The notes under the pieces: model-generated
The model's database searches: none
What the model was told of the DNA's origin: nothing
Seen by the model: the letters and a program-made list of their open reading frames with translations, nothing else
Shown: one piece after another, positions 37,563 to 47,555 of the stretch
Position numbering within the stretch: the stretch's first letter is position 1
Layout of the letters: the number at the start of each line of letters is the position of its first letter
Position numbers and translations under genes: made by a program
From: an uncultured delta proteobacterium
GTDB lineage: Bacteria; Desulfobacterota; RBG-13-43-22
Direction of reading: 5' to 3'
NCBI GenBank assembly: GCA_963843145.1
Contig: CAWJJC010000027.1
Span: 421,829 to 485,828 of the forward strand
DNA: 64,000 nucleotides

Positions 37563-38489
37563 TTAGTCTACCACCGGGCGCGGGAGCAGCCCGGCCATTT
37601 CCACGATCTCCGGGACCCGTTCCTCCCACTCGATGGCCATCACATGCACCCCGGCGATGCCTTTCATCTCTTTCAGGCGCTGAATGGTCTCCACGCAGAT
37701 CTTGATGCCTTCCTTGGCCTGGTCTTTCTTGTCGACCCCTCTCAGCCGGTTGATGACTTCATCGGGCACATCCATGCCGGGGACCGAGTTCTTCATGTAG
37801 CGGGCCATACCGACCGACTTCATGGGAGTCACCCCGCCCAGGATATAGACCTGTTTATCGATACCCAGGTCCCGGACCTGCTCCATGAACTTCTCCATGC
37901 GGTCCAGGTTATAGATGCACTGGGTCTGAACAAAATCCACCCCGGAAGCCGCCTTTTTCCCCAAGCGGACCGCCCGGAAATCGATGGGGTGGGCAAAAGG
38001 GTTGGCCGCCGCCCCGATGAACATCTTGGGAGGATAGGCGATCTCTTGATCGTTGATGAATTTTCCCTCGTCGCGCATCTTTTTGACGGTCATGATCAAC
38101 TGCATCGAATCCAGGTCAAAGACATTTTTAGCCGCCGGATGGTCGCCGAATTTCTGGTGGTCCCCGGAAAGACAGAGCATGTTGCGGATGCCCAGGGCAT
38201 AGGCCCCCAGAATGTCGCTCTGCAGGGCGATCCGGTTCCGATCCCTAACTACCATCTGTAGATTGGGCTCCAACCCTTCCTGCAGCAGCAGCAGACAGCC
38301 GGCCAGACTAGACATACGGACCACGGCCGTCTGGTTGTCGGTCACGTTGACCGAATCGACGACCCCCTTCAAATGTCCCGCCTTTTTCCGGACATGTTCC
38401 GCATCGGCGCTGCGGGGAGGACCGCATTCTCCGGTTACGGCAAACTGTCCACTGGCTAAAATCTTTTCTAATTTGCTTCCCGCTTTCAT
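37563..38489 (-). CDS. metF: Methylenetetrahydrofolate reductase large subunit
   Basis: VTGECGPP, NVTDN, RDRNRIALQS, LSGDH, FVQTQ. Confidence 0.93.
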   Translation of the reverse strand: MKAGSKLEKILASGQFAVTGECGPPRSADAEHVRKKAGHLKGVVDSVNVTDNQTAVVRMSSLAGCLLLLQEGLEPNLQMVVRDRNRIALQSDILGAYALGIRNMLCLSGDHQKFGDHPAAKNVFDLDSMQLIMTVKKMRDEGKFINDQEIAYPPKMFIGAAANPFAHPIDFRAVRLGKKAASGVDFVQTQCIYNLDRMEKFMEQVRDLGIDKQVYILGGVTPMKSVGMARYMKNSVPGMDVPDEVINRLRGVDKKDQAKEGIKICVETIQRLKEMKGIAGVHVMAIEWEERVPEIVEMAGLLPRPVVD

Positions 38490-39155
38490 AGTCTCAAGTC
38501 CTCCCTGGTCATCTTTCGGGGCCCCCCATCCCGACTGGTCGACCAGTCCTTGCAGGGAATGACCCGCGTTAATTTATCCAACTGGCCCAACCCTTTCAGC
38601 CGGTCGTGGATCAACTGCCAGACACAGTCCACGTCTTTGCTGATCTCGCACTTGCCGTCGGCCGAACCGCCGCAAGGCCCGTTGAGCAGACTTTTCGAAC
38701 AGCGGGCGATAGGGCACAGGCCCGCCGAAATTATGAATCCCGCAAGCCCCGCAGGCCTGGCAGAATTCGGCAAAGACGCCGTGTTCCAGAGAGCCGCCGA
38801 TAAAGGTGGTGTTCAATCCCGGGAAGACCATCTGAGACGAGTACCGGCCGGCGATATATTGGGGACCCACGCTGCAGGCAATGGAAATCACCGCATCCCG
38901 GTCTTTCAGTGGACCCTCCAACAGTTCGATATATTCCGGATCGCATTGACGCTCTATGGTAATCTCCTGCACATCCGGTTCCTGGCCCTCTTTTTTCCGG
39001 GCGATCCGGATCTCCGCGGCCAGGACCTCCACTTCCTTCTTGCCGCCCGCGTTGCAGACGGTCACGCACCCCTTGCAGCCAGCCACCAGGATCTTTTTAT
39101 AAGGCTCGAGCATGGTCAGGATTTCTTTTAAGGGTTTTCTTTCGGCTACCACCAT
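38486..39155 (-). CDS. metV: MetV, Fe-S/Zn small subunit of MTHFR; single frameshift near 38722 (probable indel error)
   Basis: GCKGCVTVC, RQCDPE, ACSVG, CQACGAC, then after the shift GLCPIARCSKSLLNGPCGGS...CEI...CVW. Confidence 0.88.
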
Positions 39156-39231
39156 AATATTCATCCTCCAAAGTTAGGTTATTGGCTGATTTCCGGTTTC
39201 GGATCTCCAATAGGGATCGGAAGGATTTTTA

Positions 39232-39385
39232 AATTCGAAATTCGAAGCACGAAATCCGAAACAAACACGAAAATTTCAAAATTCAAATGACCAAAACGCC
39301 GGCCCATTTTTAACCAGGCCCGGAGAGCCCAACGTTTTGAATTTCGAATTTAGGTCATTTGAATTTGTTTCGGATTTCGGATTTT
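39232..39385. repeat. Inverted heptamer element (TTCGAAA/TCCGAAA family), copy 1
   Basis: aattcgaaattcgaagcacgaaatccgaaacaa...tttgaatttgtttcggatttcggattt. Confidence 0.8.
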
Positions 39386-39409
39386 GCTCAAAGATCCACA
39401 CCTTCTTCC

Positions 39410-39838
39410 TCAAGCGGCCTTAGCCTGCCGATTCAAGGGGCTGGGGCCCAGGGCCCTGATCTTTTCGGTCATCTCCCGGGCGATCTCGGCGAAACGGGGT
39501 CCCTGGGCGGCCGAAAGGTTGTACATGGCCACCCGGTCCTCTTCGAGGCCCAGATCGTTGAGTATCTTTTTTACCGCTTCCACCCGCTTGCGGGCCTTGA
39601 GATTGCCGGTCAGATAATGGCAATCCCCTTCCAGGCAGCCGGCCACATAGACCCCGTCGGCCCCATCTTCGATGGCTTTCAGCAGGTGGATCACATCCAC
39701 CCGGCCGGTGCAGGGCATCATGATCACCCGCACATTGCTCGGATATTGCAGTCGCATGGAACCTGCCAGGTCCGCAGCGCTGTAGGCTCAGTACTGGCAG
39801 CAGAAAGCAACGATTTTAGGTTCGAATGGTTCGCTCAT
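39410..39838 (-). CDS. mvhD: MvhD/FlpD [2Fe-2S] subunit, selenocysteine-containing (UGA at 39788..39790)
   Basis: Read-through gives MSEPFEPKIVAFCCQY-U-AYSAADLAGSMRLQYP...PCTGRVD...GCLEGDCHY..GN; AAGGAG RBS; GGACCT-ggc-AGGTTCC hairpin 3' of the UGA. Confidence 0.93.
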
Positions 39839-39872
39839 TTGGAACTCCTTTGATGAACAAGTTAAGATCCCT

Positions 39873-40010
39873 AAATCCGAAATTCGAAGCACGAAATCCG
39901 AAACAAGCACGAAGGTCCAAAATCCAAATGATCAAAACAAGAACGTTTCGAATTTTGAGATTGGATCATTTGAATTTGTTTCGAGTTTCGAAATTCGGAT
40001 TTCGAGTTTT
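39873..40010. repeat. Inverted heptamer element, copy 2
   Basis: aaatccgaaattcgaagcacgaaatccgaaacaa...tttgaatttgtttcgagtttcgaaattcggattt. Confidence 0.8.
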
Positions 40011-40047
40011 AATCAAGAATTCAGCTAGTTTTGGTTATTAGGTTTTA

Positions 40048-43000
40048 TCAGGCCGCTTCCTCCATCAAGGCATCCACCTTGGCTATGACCTGCTTGTCGG
40101 TAAAATGCTGCAGGGCAATGGCCTTGCCCGGGCATTCGGAGACGCAGACCCCGCAGCCCTGGCACTTAGAAACGTCGATCTCGGCCGCCCCGCTCTCGCC
40201 GATCACCGGCACGTTAAACGGGCAGGACCGGACGCAGGTCAGGCAAACCGCGCAGAGTTCCGGGTTGACCACGGCCACCACGCCGCCTACCTGGACGGAG
40301 TCTTTGGAGAGCAGGGTCAAAGCTCGCCCGGCGGCCGCCTGGGCCTGGGCAATACTTTCGTCGATAGGCTTGGGGTAATGGGCCAGGCCGCAGAGGTAAA
40401 TTCCTTCCGTGGTGAAGTCCACCGGCCGCAATTTCATGTGCGCTTCCAACAGGAACCCTTCGCTGTTCAATGAAATCTTATAGGCATCGACCAGTTCTTT
40501 GACCGGATTGGGGATGATGGCCGAGGCCAGGGTCAGCAGATCGGCCGACAAAGTAAGCGGCTGGCCCAAAACGTGGTCGATCACCGTCACCGTCAGCTTA
40601 TCCCCGTTCACCTGAACTTCCGGCTTATTCTCCAGATCATAGCGGACAAAGAAAATACCCTTGTCCCGGGCCTCCCGGTACAGGTCCTCCCGAGTTCCGA
40701 AGGTCCGGATGTCCCGGTAGATGATGAAGATATCCATCTCGGGATTGAGTTTCTTCAGGGTCAGGGCGCTCTCCACGCTGTGGGTGCAGCAGACCTTACT
40801 GCAATAGGGGCGCTCCGGCTCTCTTGAACCGACGCACTGGATGAATACCGCCGTCTGGGCCCCGGTTAACCGGGGATCATTCGCGGTAATAGCCTGGTCC
40901 AATTCCAGGGCGGTCATGATCCGCGGGTCTTGGCCATAGCCATAGACATCCGGTTGCCATTCCTGGGCCCCGGTGGCCAGGATGGCCACCCCGTGTTCGT
41001 ATTGTTGGGTCTGGCCGCCCTGATTAAGGACCGTGGTGTAGTTCCCCACAAAGCCCGACCCATGCTCCACCTCGGTATTAAAATGGACCTCGATCAGGGG
41101 GTGACTGCTGACCCGGGCGATCAAATCCCGCACAAAGGCCTGGATGTCTTCCCCCTTCCAGGTATGGCGGAGTTTTAGGGCGTTCCCGCCCAGGGTATCT
41201 GTTTTTTCAATTAATTTAACCTGGTATCCCTGCTGGGCCAGTTTGAGGGCCGACGTCATACCGGCCACGCCGCCGCCTACCACCAGGGCCGTTTTCTTTA
41301 AACCGAAGGAGACCTTATGCAGGGGCTCCAGCAGGGAAACCCGAGCCACCGCCATCCGGACCAGGTCTTTGGCCTTACTGGTGGCTTTTTCGGGGTCGCC
41401 CTGGTGGACCCAGGTGTCCTGGTCCCGAATATTGGCCATGTCAAATAGGTAGGTATTCAACCCGGCCTCGCGGATGGTCTGCTGAAAGAGGGGTTCGTGG
41501 GTCCGGGGGGAACAGGAGGCCACCACCACCCGGTTGATCCCCTTTTCCTGAATAACCTGCTTCATCTTCTCCTGGGTATCCTGGGAACAGGTAAAGAGAT
41601 TGTCCTCCACATGGACCACCTGGGGCAGGGTCTTGGCGTACTCCCGGACGGCCGGCACATCGGCCACCCCGCCGATATTGATCCCGCAGTTACAGACGAA
41701 GACCCCTACCTTAATGTCCTCTCCGGCGAAGTCTTTTTCCGGAGGCAATTCCTGGTAACGGATCAACTGGTTGCGGCTCTCGGCAATTCCCTCCGAGGCG
41801 GCACAGGCGGCGGCCGAGGCTTCCATCACCGCCTGGGGAATGTCCTTGGGCCCGTTAAAGGCCCCACAGGTAAAGACCCCCGGTCTTTCCGTGGCCACCG
41901 GGGTAAAACTGCTCACCTGAGCAAACTGGTTTTTATCGATGGGTACCCCCAGTATTCGCGCCAGGTCAACGGCCTCGGGGGCGGTTTCCAGCCCCACGGA
42001 GAGGACCACCATATCGAATTCTTCTTGCCGGACCTCCCCTTTTTCCGTGACATACTGCAGCAGGAGATTGTCGCTGCCCGGAATCGGATCGATGGTATGA
42101 ATCCGGGAACGGATGAATCGAACCCCCCGCTCGTTCTCGGCCCGGTTATAATATTTCTCAAAATCCTTGCCGTAGGTCCGCATATCCATAAAAAAGATGG
42201 CCGTGTCCAGAGGATGCGGGCTGTGTTCCTTGGCGATCACCGCCTCCTTGATGGCGTACATGCAACAGACGGCCGAACAATACCCGTGGTCGCAATGGTT
42301 GATATCCCGGGAACCCACGCATTGCAGCCAGGCGATCTTTTCCGGTTCCTTGTGGTCGGAAGGCCGGATCAGATGCCCTTCGTAAGGGCCCGAGGCGGAG
42401 AGGATCCGCTCGAACTCCATGCTGGTCACCACGTTGGGATGATGGGCATAATGATAGGCTTCATAGGCCGTAGGATCGAAGGGTCTGAACCCCGGGGCCA
42501 TGACGATCGATCCGACTTCGATGACCCGCTCGACGGGCTGCATTTCATGGACCACCGCCTCGGCCAGACAGGCCTTGACGCATTGGTAACACTCGGAACA
42601 GATCCCGCACTTCAGGCACCGTTCGGCCTCGGTCAGGGTGGTGGCTTCCTGGAACCCCTGGGCCACTTCCTGAAAGTTCCCTTCCCGGGCGGCCGGGGGG
42701 ATCTTGGTGATGGACAGGCGGGGCTTCTTGAGGACCCCCTCCGTGGAGGGCTTCTCGTAGGACCAATCCTCTTCCCGACCGGCTTTCAGGTCCACCCCGT
42801 TGAGGTAGCGGCGGATGCTTTCGGCGGCCTTCTTGCCGCTTTCCACGGCTTCGACCACCGACTTGGGGCCGTAAAAGACATCCCCGCCGCAAAATACGCC
42901 GGGGAGAGGGGTTTCGAGGGAAACCGGATCACCCTGAAGCCCTCCTCGAGGGGTTACGGAGACGCCCTGGCCGGAGGCGAAGGAGAGATCGGCCGCCTGC

Positions 43001-44478
43001 CCGATGGCCACGATGACCGTATCTCCGCTGAGTGTGGTCAGATCGCTCTCATCGTAAGTCGGCCGGAAGGCCTTCTGGGCATCAAAGACGGACGTACAGC
43101 GTTTGAATTCGACCCCGCTGACTTTACCGCCTTCTTGGAGAAACCGCTTCGGGCCCAGACTGTTGACGATTTCGATCCCCTCTTCGAGGGCCTCTTCGAT
43201 TTCGTACTCCCAGGCCGGCATTTCTTCCCGTTTTTCCAGACAGATCAGAGTGACCTGCTCCGCGCCTAAGCGTTTGGCGCTTAAAGCCACATCGACGGCC
43301 ACGTTGCCGCCGCCGATGACCAGTACTTTTTTACCCAGGGCCACCGGGTTCTTCAGGGCCGAGTCTTTGAGAAATTCCACCCCTTTGAGCACCCCGGGCA
43401 AATCCTCCCCTTCCACGTTCAGGCCCCGGCTCACATGAAGGCCGGTGGCCAGGAAGAAGGCCCGAAAGCCCTCGGCCTTCAGGGAATCCAGGGTAATATC
43501 CTGACCGAAAGTCACTCCGGTCTTGATCTCCACCCCCAGGGCCTCGATGGTCTGAATTTCGGAACGGAGAATGTCCCGGGGCAGACGGTACTCGGGGATG
43601 CCCACGGCCATCATGCCCCCGGCGACCGGAAGTTTTTCGTAAACGGTCACCGGATAGCCATCCTGGGCCAGAAAATAGGCGGCCCCCAGACCCGCCGGAC
43701 CGGAACCGATGATGGCGATTTTTTCGGACTTTCGTTCCTTGACTTCCGGAACGTAGCGTTCGGTCTGGGCCAGGTCCTCATCCGCCAGGAAGCGATGGAG
43801 GTACTGAATGGCCAGGGGTTGGTCCAGGTCTCCCCGGGTACAGATTCCCTCACAAGGGTGGTGACAGACCCGGCCGCAGATTCCGGGAAAAGGATGGGCC
43901 TCTTTGAATAGGGCCAGGGCCTCCCGGTATTTATTCTGGTTGATCAGGGCGATAAACCCCTGGACGCTGACGTGGGCCGGACAGGTGGCCTTGCAGGGGG
44001 CCGTCCCCCGCTTTTCGATGGCGAAAGCGCTGGGCATGGCCTGAGGATAAAATTTATAGGCAGCCTTGCGGTTTCGCATACCCATATCAAACAGGTTGGA
44101 AACCTCGATGGGACAGGCCTTGGCGCACTCCCCGCAGGCCGTGCATTTGCTTTTATCCACATAGCGGGGATGTTCGAGGATTTTTACCTGAAAATTTCCC
44201 GGGTCGCCGCTGACCTCCTGGACCTCCGTCAAGGTTAACAATTCGATATTCAGATGCCGGCCCGCTTCCACCAATTTGGGCGAGATGATACACATGGAGC
44301 AATCGTTAGTGGGAAAGGTCTTGTCCAGTTGGGCCATCACCCCGCCGATGGCCGATTTCTTTTCCACCAGATAGACGTAAAAACCGGAATTCGCCAGGTC
44401 CAGAGCCGTTTGGATTCCGGCAATCCCGGCCCCCGCCACCATCACCGCCCCTACTTTTTTATTTTCGCTGGCTGCCAT
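40048..44478 (-). CDS. hdrL: HdrL-type large heterodisulfide reductase A-like flavoprotein with inserted GltD-like NAD(P)H domain
   Basis: GAGIAG, LDKTFPTNDCSMC, CGRVCHHPCE, IGSGPAG, IGGGNVAVD, two QCVGSR...CS.VCC modules, several ferredoxin motifs; 1476 aa. Confidence 0.9.
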   Translation of the reverse strand: MAASENKKVGAVMVAGAGIAGIQTALDLANSGFYVYLVEKKSAIGGVMAQLDKTFPTNDCSMCIISPKLVEAGRHLNIELLTLTEVQEVSGDPGNFQVKILEHPRYVDKSKCTACGECAKACPIEVSNLFDMGMRNRKAAYKFYPQAMPSAFAIEKRGTAPCKATCPAHVSVQGFIALINQNKYREALALFKEAHPFPGICGRVCHHPCEGICTRGDLDQPLAIQYLHRFLADEDLAQTERYVPEVKERKSEKIAIIGSGPAGLGAAYFLAQDGYPVTVYEKLPVAGGMMAVGIPEYRLPRDILRSEIQTIEALGVEIKTGVTFGQDITLDSLKAEGFRAFFLATGLHVSRGLNVEGEDLPGVLKGVEFLKDSALKNPVALGKKVLVIGGGNVAVDVALSAKRLGAEQVTLICLEKREEMPAWEYEIEEALEEGIEIVNSLGPKRFLQEGGKVSGVEFKRCTSVFDAQKAFRPTYDESDLTTLSGDTVIVAIGQAADLSFASGQGVSVTPRGGLQGDPVSLETPLPGVFCGGDVFYGPKSVVEAVESGKKAAESIRRYLNGVDLKAGREEDWSYEKPSTEGVLKKPRLSITKIPPAAREGNFQEVAQGFQEATTLTEAERCLKCGICSECYQCVKACLAEAVVHEMQPVERVIEVGSIVMAPGFRPFDPTAYEAYHYAHHPNVVTSMEFERILSASGPYEGHLIRPSDHKEPEKIAWLQCVGSRDINHCDHGYCSAVCCMYAIKEAVIAKEHSPHPLDTAIFFMDMRTYGKDFEKYYNRAENERGVRFIRSRIHTIDPIPGSDNLLLQYVTEKGEVRQEEFDMVVLSVGLETAPEAVDLARILGVPIDKNQFAQVSSFTPVATERPGVFTCGAFNGPKDIPQAVMEASAAACAASEGIAESRNQLIRYQELPPEKDFAGEDIKVGVFVCNCGINIGGVADVPAVREYAKTLPQVVHVEDNLFTCSQDTQEKMKQVIQEKGINRVVVASCSPRTHEPLFQQTIREAGLNTYLFDMANIRDQDTWVHQGDPEKATSKAKDLVRMAVARVSLLEPLHKVSFGLKKTALVVGGGVAGMTSALKLAQQGYQVKLIEKTDTLGGNALKLRHTWKGEDIQAFVRDLIARVSSHPLIEVHFNTEVEHGSGFVGNYTTVLNQGGQTQQYEHGVAILATGAQEWQPDVYGYGQDPRIMTALELDQAITANDPRLTGAQTAVFIQCVGSREPERPYCSKVCCTHSVESALTLKKLNPEMDIFIIYRDIRTFGTREDLYREARDKGIFFVRYDLENKPEVQVNGDKLTVTVIDHVLGQPLTLSADLLTLASAIIPNPVKELVDAYKISLNSEGFLLEAHMKLRPVDFTTEGIYLCGLAHYPKPIDESIAQAQAAAGRALTLLSKDSVQVGGVVAVVNPELCAVCLTCVRSCPFNVPVIGESGAAEIDVSKCQGCGVCVSECPGKAIALQHFTDKQVIAKVDALMEEAA

Positions 44479-44534
44479 AAATCAATCCTTCTGTATCGTA
44501 AGTATTTTAGTCTGTGCCTTTGTGCTTGACCGGT

Positions 44535-44567
44535 AAAAAAACGCCCAGGGATGAGGCATCCCTGGGC
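44535..44567 (-). terminator. Intrinsic terminator after fhs
   Basis: GCCCAGGGATG/CATCCCTGGGC stem followed by a T-run on the minus strand. Confidence 0.8.
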
Positions 44568-44579
44568 ATTCGGGTTTAG

Positions 44580-46343
44580 TTAAAACAGGCCTTTCGTCTT
44601 ACCGGTTTTGACGTCCACGTCAATTCGGCGGAAGGCGGGATTGGAGGACGTTCCCGGCATCAGGGTGATGGTCCCGGCAATCGGGCAGAGGAATTTGGAG
44701 CCGGAATAGATCAACACGTCCCGGACAGGCAGGGTCCAACCCTTGGGCACCCCCTTCTTGGTCGGATCATGGGTGAGGCTCAAGTGGGTCTTGACCATCA
44801 TCGTGGCGTAGTCGGCGTATTTGGGATTGCTTTCCAGCATCTTGGCCTTGGCCTCGGCTTCGGCCGTCCAGGAGACCCCGTCGGCCCCATAGACCTCCTT
44901 GGCGATCTTGGCCACCCGGTCGCGAAGCTTCATTTCGATCGGGTAGAGGAACTTGAATTTGGATTTTTCCTTGCAGGCGTCGATAACCGCATCGGCCAAC
45001 TCCAGGGCCCCATCGCCGCCGTCGGCCCAATGGGTGGACAGGGCGCAGCGGGCGCCGGCTTTCTCGGCGTACTTGCGCACCATGGCGATTTCATCCTTGG
45101 TATCGGTGTGGAAGGCGTTGATGCAGACCACCGGATTCATGCCGGATTTGCGGATGACCTCGATGCAGTGGACCATATTGGCCACGCCCTTCTCCACCAG
45201 GCCCACGTTTTCCTTGGTGTATTCTTCGGGCAGGGCCAGCCCGGCCACGACCTTGGGACCGCCGCCGTGCATCTTCAGCGCCCGGATGGTGGTGGTCAGG
45301 ACCGACACGTGGGGCTTCAGGCCGCTATAGCGGCATTTGACATTCCAGAATTTCTCGAAGCCGATATCCGCCGCAAAACCGCTTTCGGTGACATGATAAT
45401 CAAAGAGTTTGAGCCCCACGCGGTCGGCGATAATGGAGGACTGGCCGACAGCGATATTGGCGAAAGGACCGGCGTGGACCATACAAGGCTGGTATTCGGC
45501 CGTGGACAGCAGGGTGGGGTTGATCGAATCGACCATGAAAGCCATCATGGCCCCGCCTACCTCGAGGTCGCCCGTGGTCACCGGATTGCCTTTTTTGTCG
45601 AAGGCCACGGTGATCTCGTCGAGGCGTTTCCGCATGTCGGCCAGATCGTTGACGATCGACAGAATAGCCATGACTTCCGAGGAGACGGCGATGCCGAATT
45701 TGGACTGCATCATGTAGCCGTCCAGACGACCCCCGATGCCGATGATGATATTACGCATGGCCTGAGCGCAGAAGTCGATGATCCAGCCCATCTCCACCCG
45801 CGTGGGGTCGATATCCAGCCGACGCATCTTGGTCAGCCGTTTCAACTGTTCGTCGTTGTAGTTGCGCTCGTGCTGCATCCGGGCGGTCATGGCCACCATG
45901 GCCAGGTTATGGGCGTTCATGATGTTGTTGATGTCGCCGGTCAGGCCCATGGAAAATTCGGTCATGGGGATAACCAGGGCGTTTCCGCCGCCGGCCGCCG
46001 TGCCTTTAATGTTCATGGTCGGCCCGCCCGAAGGCTGTCGCAGGGCGCCGCCCACGTTCATTCCCCGCTTGCCTAACCCTTCCATCAGCCCGACCGAGGT
46101 GGTGCTTTTTCCCTCTCCCAGGGGGGTGGGAGTGATGGCAGTCACTTCGATATATTTCCCGTCCGGTTTGTCCTTCAGGCGTTCCATAATCTTTAGAAAA
46201 TTCATCCTGGCCAGCCGCCCGTAGGGGATCAGTTCATCCCGATCCAGTCCCATTTTTTCCCGCCATTCTTCCGGCCGGGGCATCTTTTTCTCTGCAGCCT
46301 CGGAGATCTGCCAGTCCTTCATCTTCACCGCGTTGTACGCCAT
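44580..46343 (-). CDS. fhs: Formate-tetrahydrofolate ligase
   Basis: [50 protein letters not shown]. Confidence 0.95.
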   Translation of the reverse strand: MAYNAVKMKDWQISEAAEKKMPRPEEWREKMGLDRDELIPYGRLARMNFLKIMERLKDKPDGKYIEVTAITPTPLGEGKSTTSVGLMEGLGKRGMNVGGALRQPSGGPTMNIKGTAAGGGNALVIPMTEFSMGLTGDINNIMNAHNLAMVAMTARMQHERNYNDEQLKRLTKMRRLDIDPTRVEMGWIIDFCAQAMRNIIIGIGGRLDGYMMQSKFGIAVSSEVMAILSIVNDLADMRKRLDEITVAFDKKGNPVTTGDLEVGGAMMAFMVDSINPTLLSTAEYQPCMVHAGPFANIAVGQSSIIADRVGLKLFDYHVTESGFAADIGFEKFWNVKCRYSGLKPHVSVLTTTIRALKMHGGGPKVVAGLALPEEYTKENVGLVEKGVANMVHCIEVIRKSGMNPVVCINAFHTDTKDEIAMVRKYAEKAGARCALSTHWADGGDGALELADAVIDACKEKSKFKFLYPIEMKLRDRVAKIAKEVYGADGVSWTAEAEAKAKMLESNPKYADYATMMVKTHLSLTHDPTKKGVPKGWTLPVRDVLIYSGSKFLCPIAGTITLMPGTSSNPAFRRIDVDVKTGKTKGLF

Positions 46344-46561
46344 CGTGGAATTCCTCCTTTTGCTCTATTTTTAGTAAACCCGTTCTTAAAATGAGAATAG
46401 TTGATAAACTTGGTTCTCTTATCACACCCGGCAAGCAACCGTCAAGCCAAAAAAATCCCTCCCCTTCCCGAGATAACCTTTTGAATTTATGTTTCTTTTA
46501 TCTTCTGACCGTCCTTCTCTCCCTTGAACCCGGTCCAGGGGCTGATATCAGGAGTTTTATT

Positions 46562-46590
46562 TTGACAGGACGGACCTTTTGTGCTAAGCA
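46562..46590 (+). promoter_or_regulatory. sigma70-like promoter for nfnA
   Basis: TTGACA-17-TAAGCA with TG upstream of the -10. Confidence 0.45.
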
Positions 46591-46629
46591 CCTTTATTTG
46601 TCTTAATAATTACCTAAAGGAGCGAAACC

Positions 46630-47472
46630 GTGTTTAAAATCCTGCAAAAAGAAGAAATGGCCCAGGGGACGGTGGTCAGCAATATCGTGGACGCCCCCTT
46701 GATCGCCAGGAAGGCCAAGCCCGGTCAATTTGTCATCATCCGGGCCAACGAAACCGGGGAACGGATTCCTTTAACCATGGCCGATACCGACCCCGAAACC
46801 GGGACCATCAACCTCATTTATCAGGTAGTGGGAAAATCGACCGCCCTGTTCAAGACCTTGAAGGTAGGGGATTATTTTCAGGACATCTGCGGTCCCCTCG
46901 GCCAGCCGACCCATGTAGAAAAACTGGGAACCGTTATTTGCGTGGGCGGTGGAACCGGAGTGGCCGTGCTGCATCCCATCACCAAGGGTCTGAAGGCCGC
47001 CGGCAACCACGTTATCGGGATTATCGGTTCGCGAAACAAGGACCTGTTAATCCTGGAGGAGAAAATGACCAAAGCCTCCCACGAACTGCGGGTCTGCACC
47101 GACGACGGCTCCTACGGCCATCACGGATTTGTCACCGATGTCCTCAAGGAATACCTGGATAAGAAAGAAAATCCCATCGCCCTGATCGTGGCCATCGGGC
47201 CGGTCCCCATGATGAAATTCACCTGCAAGTTGACCGCCGGATACGGGATCAAGACCATGGTCAGCCTCAACCCCATCATGGTGGACGGGACCGGCATGTG
47301 CGGCGCCTGCCGGGTGACGGTCAACGGCGTTACCCGCTTCGGCTGCGTGGACGGCCCCGAGTTCGACGGCCACGCGGTGAATTTTGACGAGTTGATCCAG
47401 CGGCAGCGGGCCTACCTGGAGCAGGAAAAGCAGTCCCTGGATCACTTTCACCAATGCCAGTGCCAGGCCTAA
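46630..47472 (+). CDS. nfnA: NfnA/SudB electron-bifurcating transhydrogenase small subunit
   Basis: KPGQFVI, GERIPLT, GPLG, GGGTG, MVDGTGMCGACRV, CVDGPEF. Confidence 0.93.
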   Translation: MFKILQKEEMAQGTVVSNIVDAPLIARKAKPGQFVIIRANETGERIPLTMADTDPETGTINLIYQVVGKSTALFKTLKVGDYFQDICGPLGQPTHVEKLGTVICVGGGTGVAVLHPITKGLKAAGNHVIGIIGSRNKDLLILEEKMTKASHELRVCTDDGSYGHHGFVTDVLKEYLDKKENPIALIVAIGPVPMMKFTCKLTAGYGIKTMVSLNPIMVDGTGMCGACRVTVNGVTRFGCVDGPEFDGHAVNFDELIQRQRAYLEQEKQSLDHFHQCQCQA

Positions 47473-47555
47473 GCCGAAAAATTCTTAATTTTTCGGCTAG
47501 AATAAAACACGTTTAAAATAAACCGCATAGTCAGGCTTAAGGGAGGAAAGGATAT

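Noticed and set aside
38486-39155. Programmed frameshifting in metV (also the methylase, HDOD and M50 genes)
   Set aside because: No slippery heptamer or stimulator; breaks fall mostly in short G/C/A runs and are scattered over unrelated genes, so assembly indels are more likely. Read mapping would settle it.
39232-40010. CRISPR array
   Set aside because: Repeats are degenerate 7-mers in inverted arrays with no constant repeat/unique spacer pattern, and there are no cas genes.
41497-43269. Long antisense ORFs (e.g. 590 aa here, 435 aa at 44769, 395 aa at 31067, 363 aa at 55927)
   Set aside because: Shadow frames opposite well-supported GC3-rich genes, with no motifs of their own.
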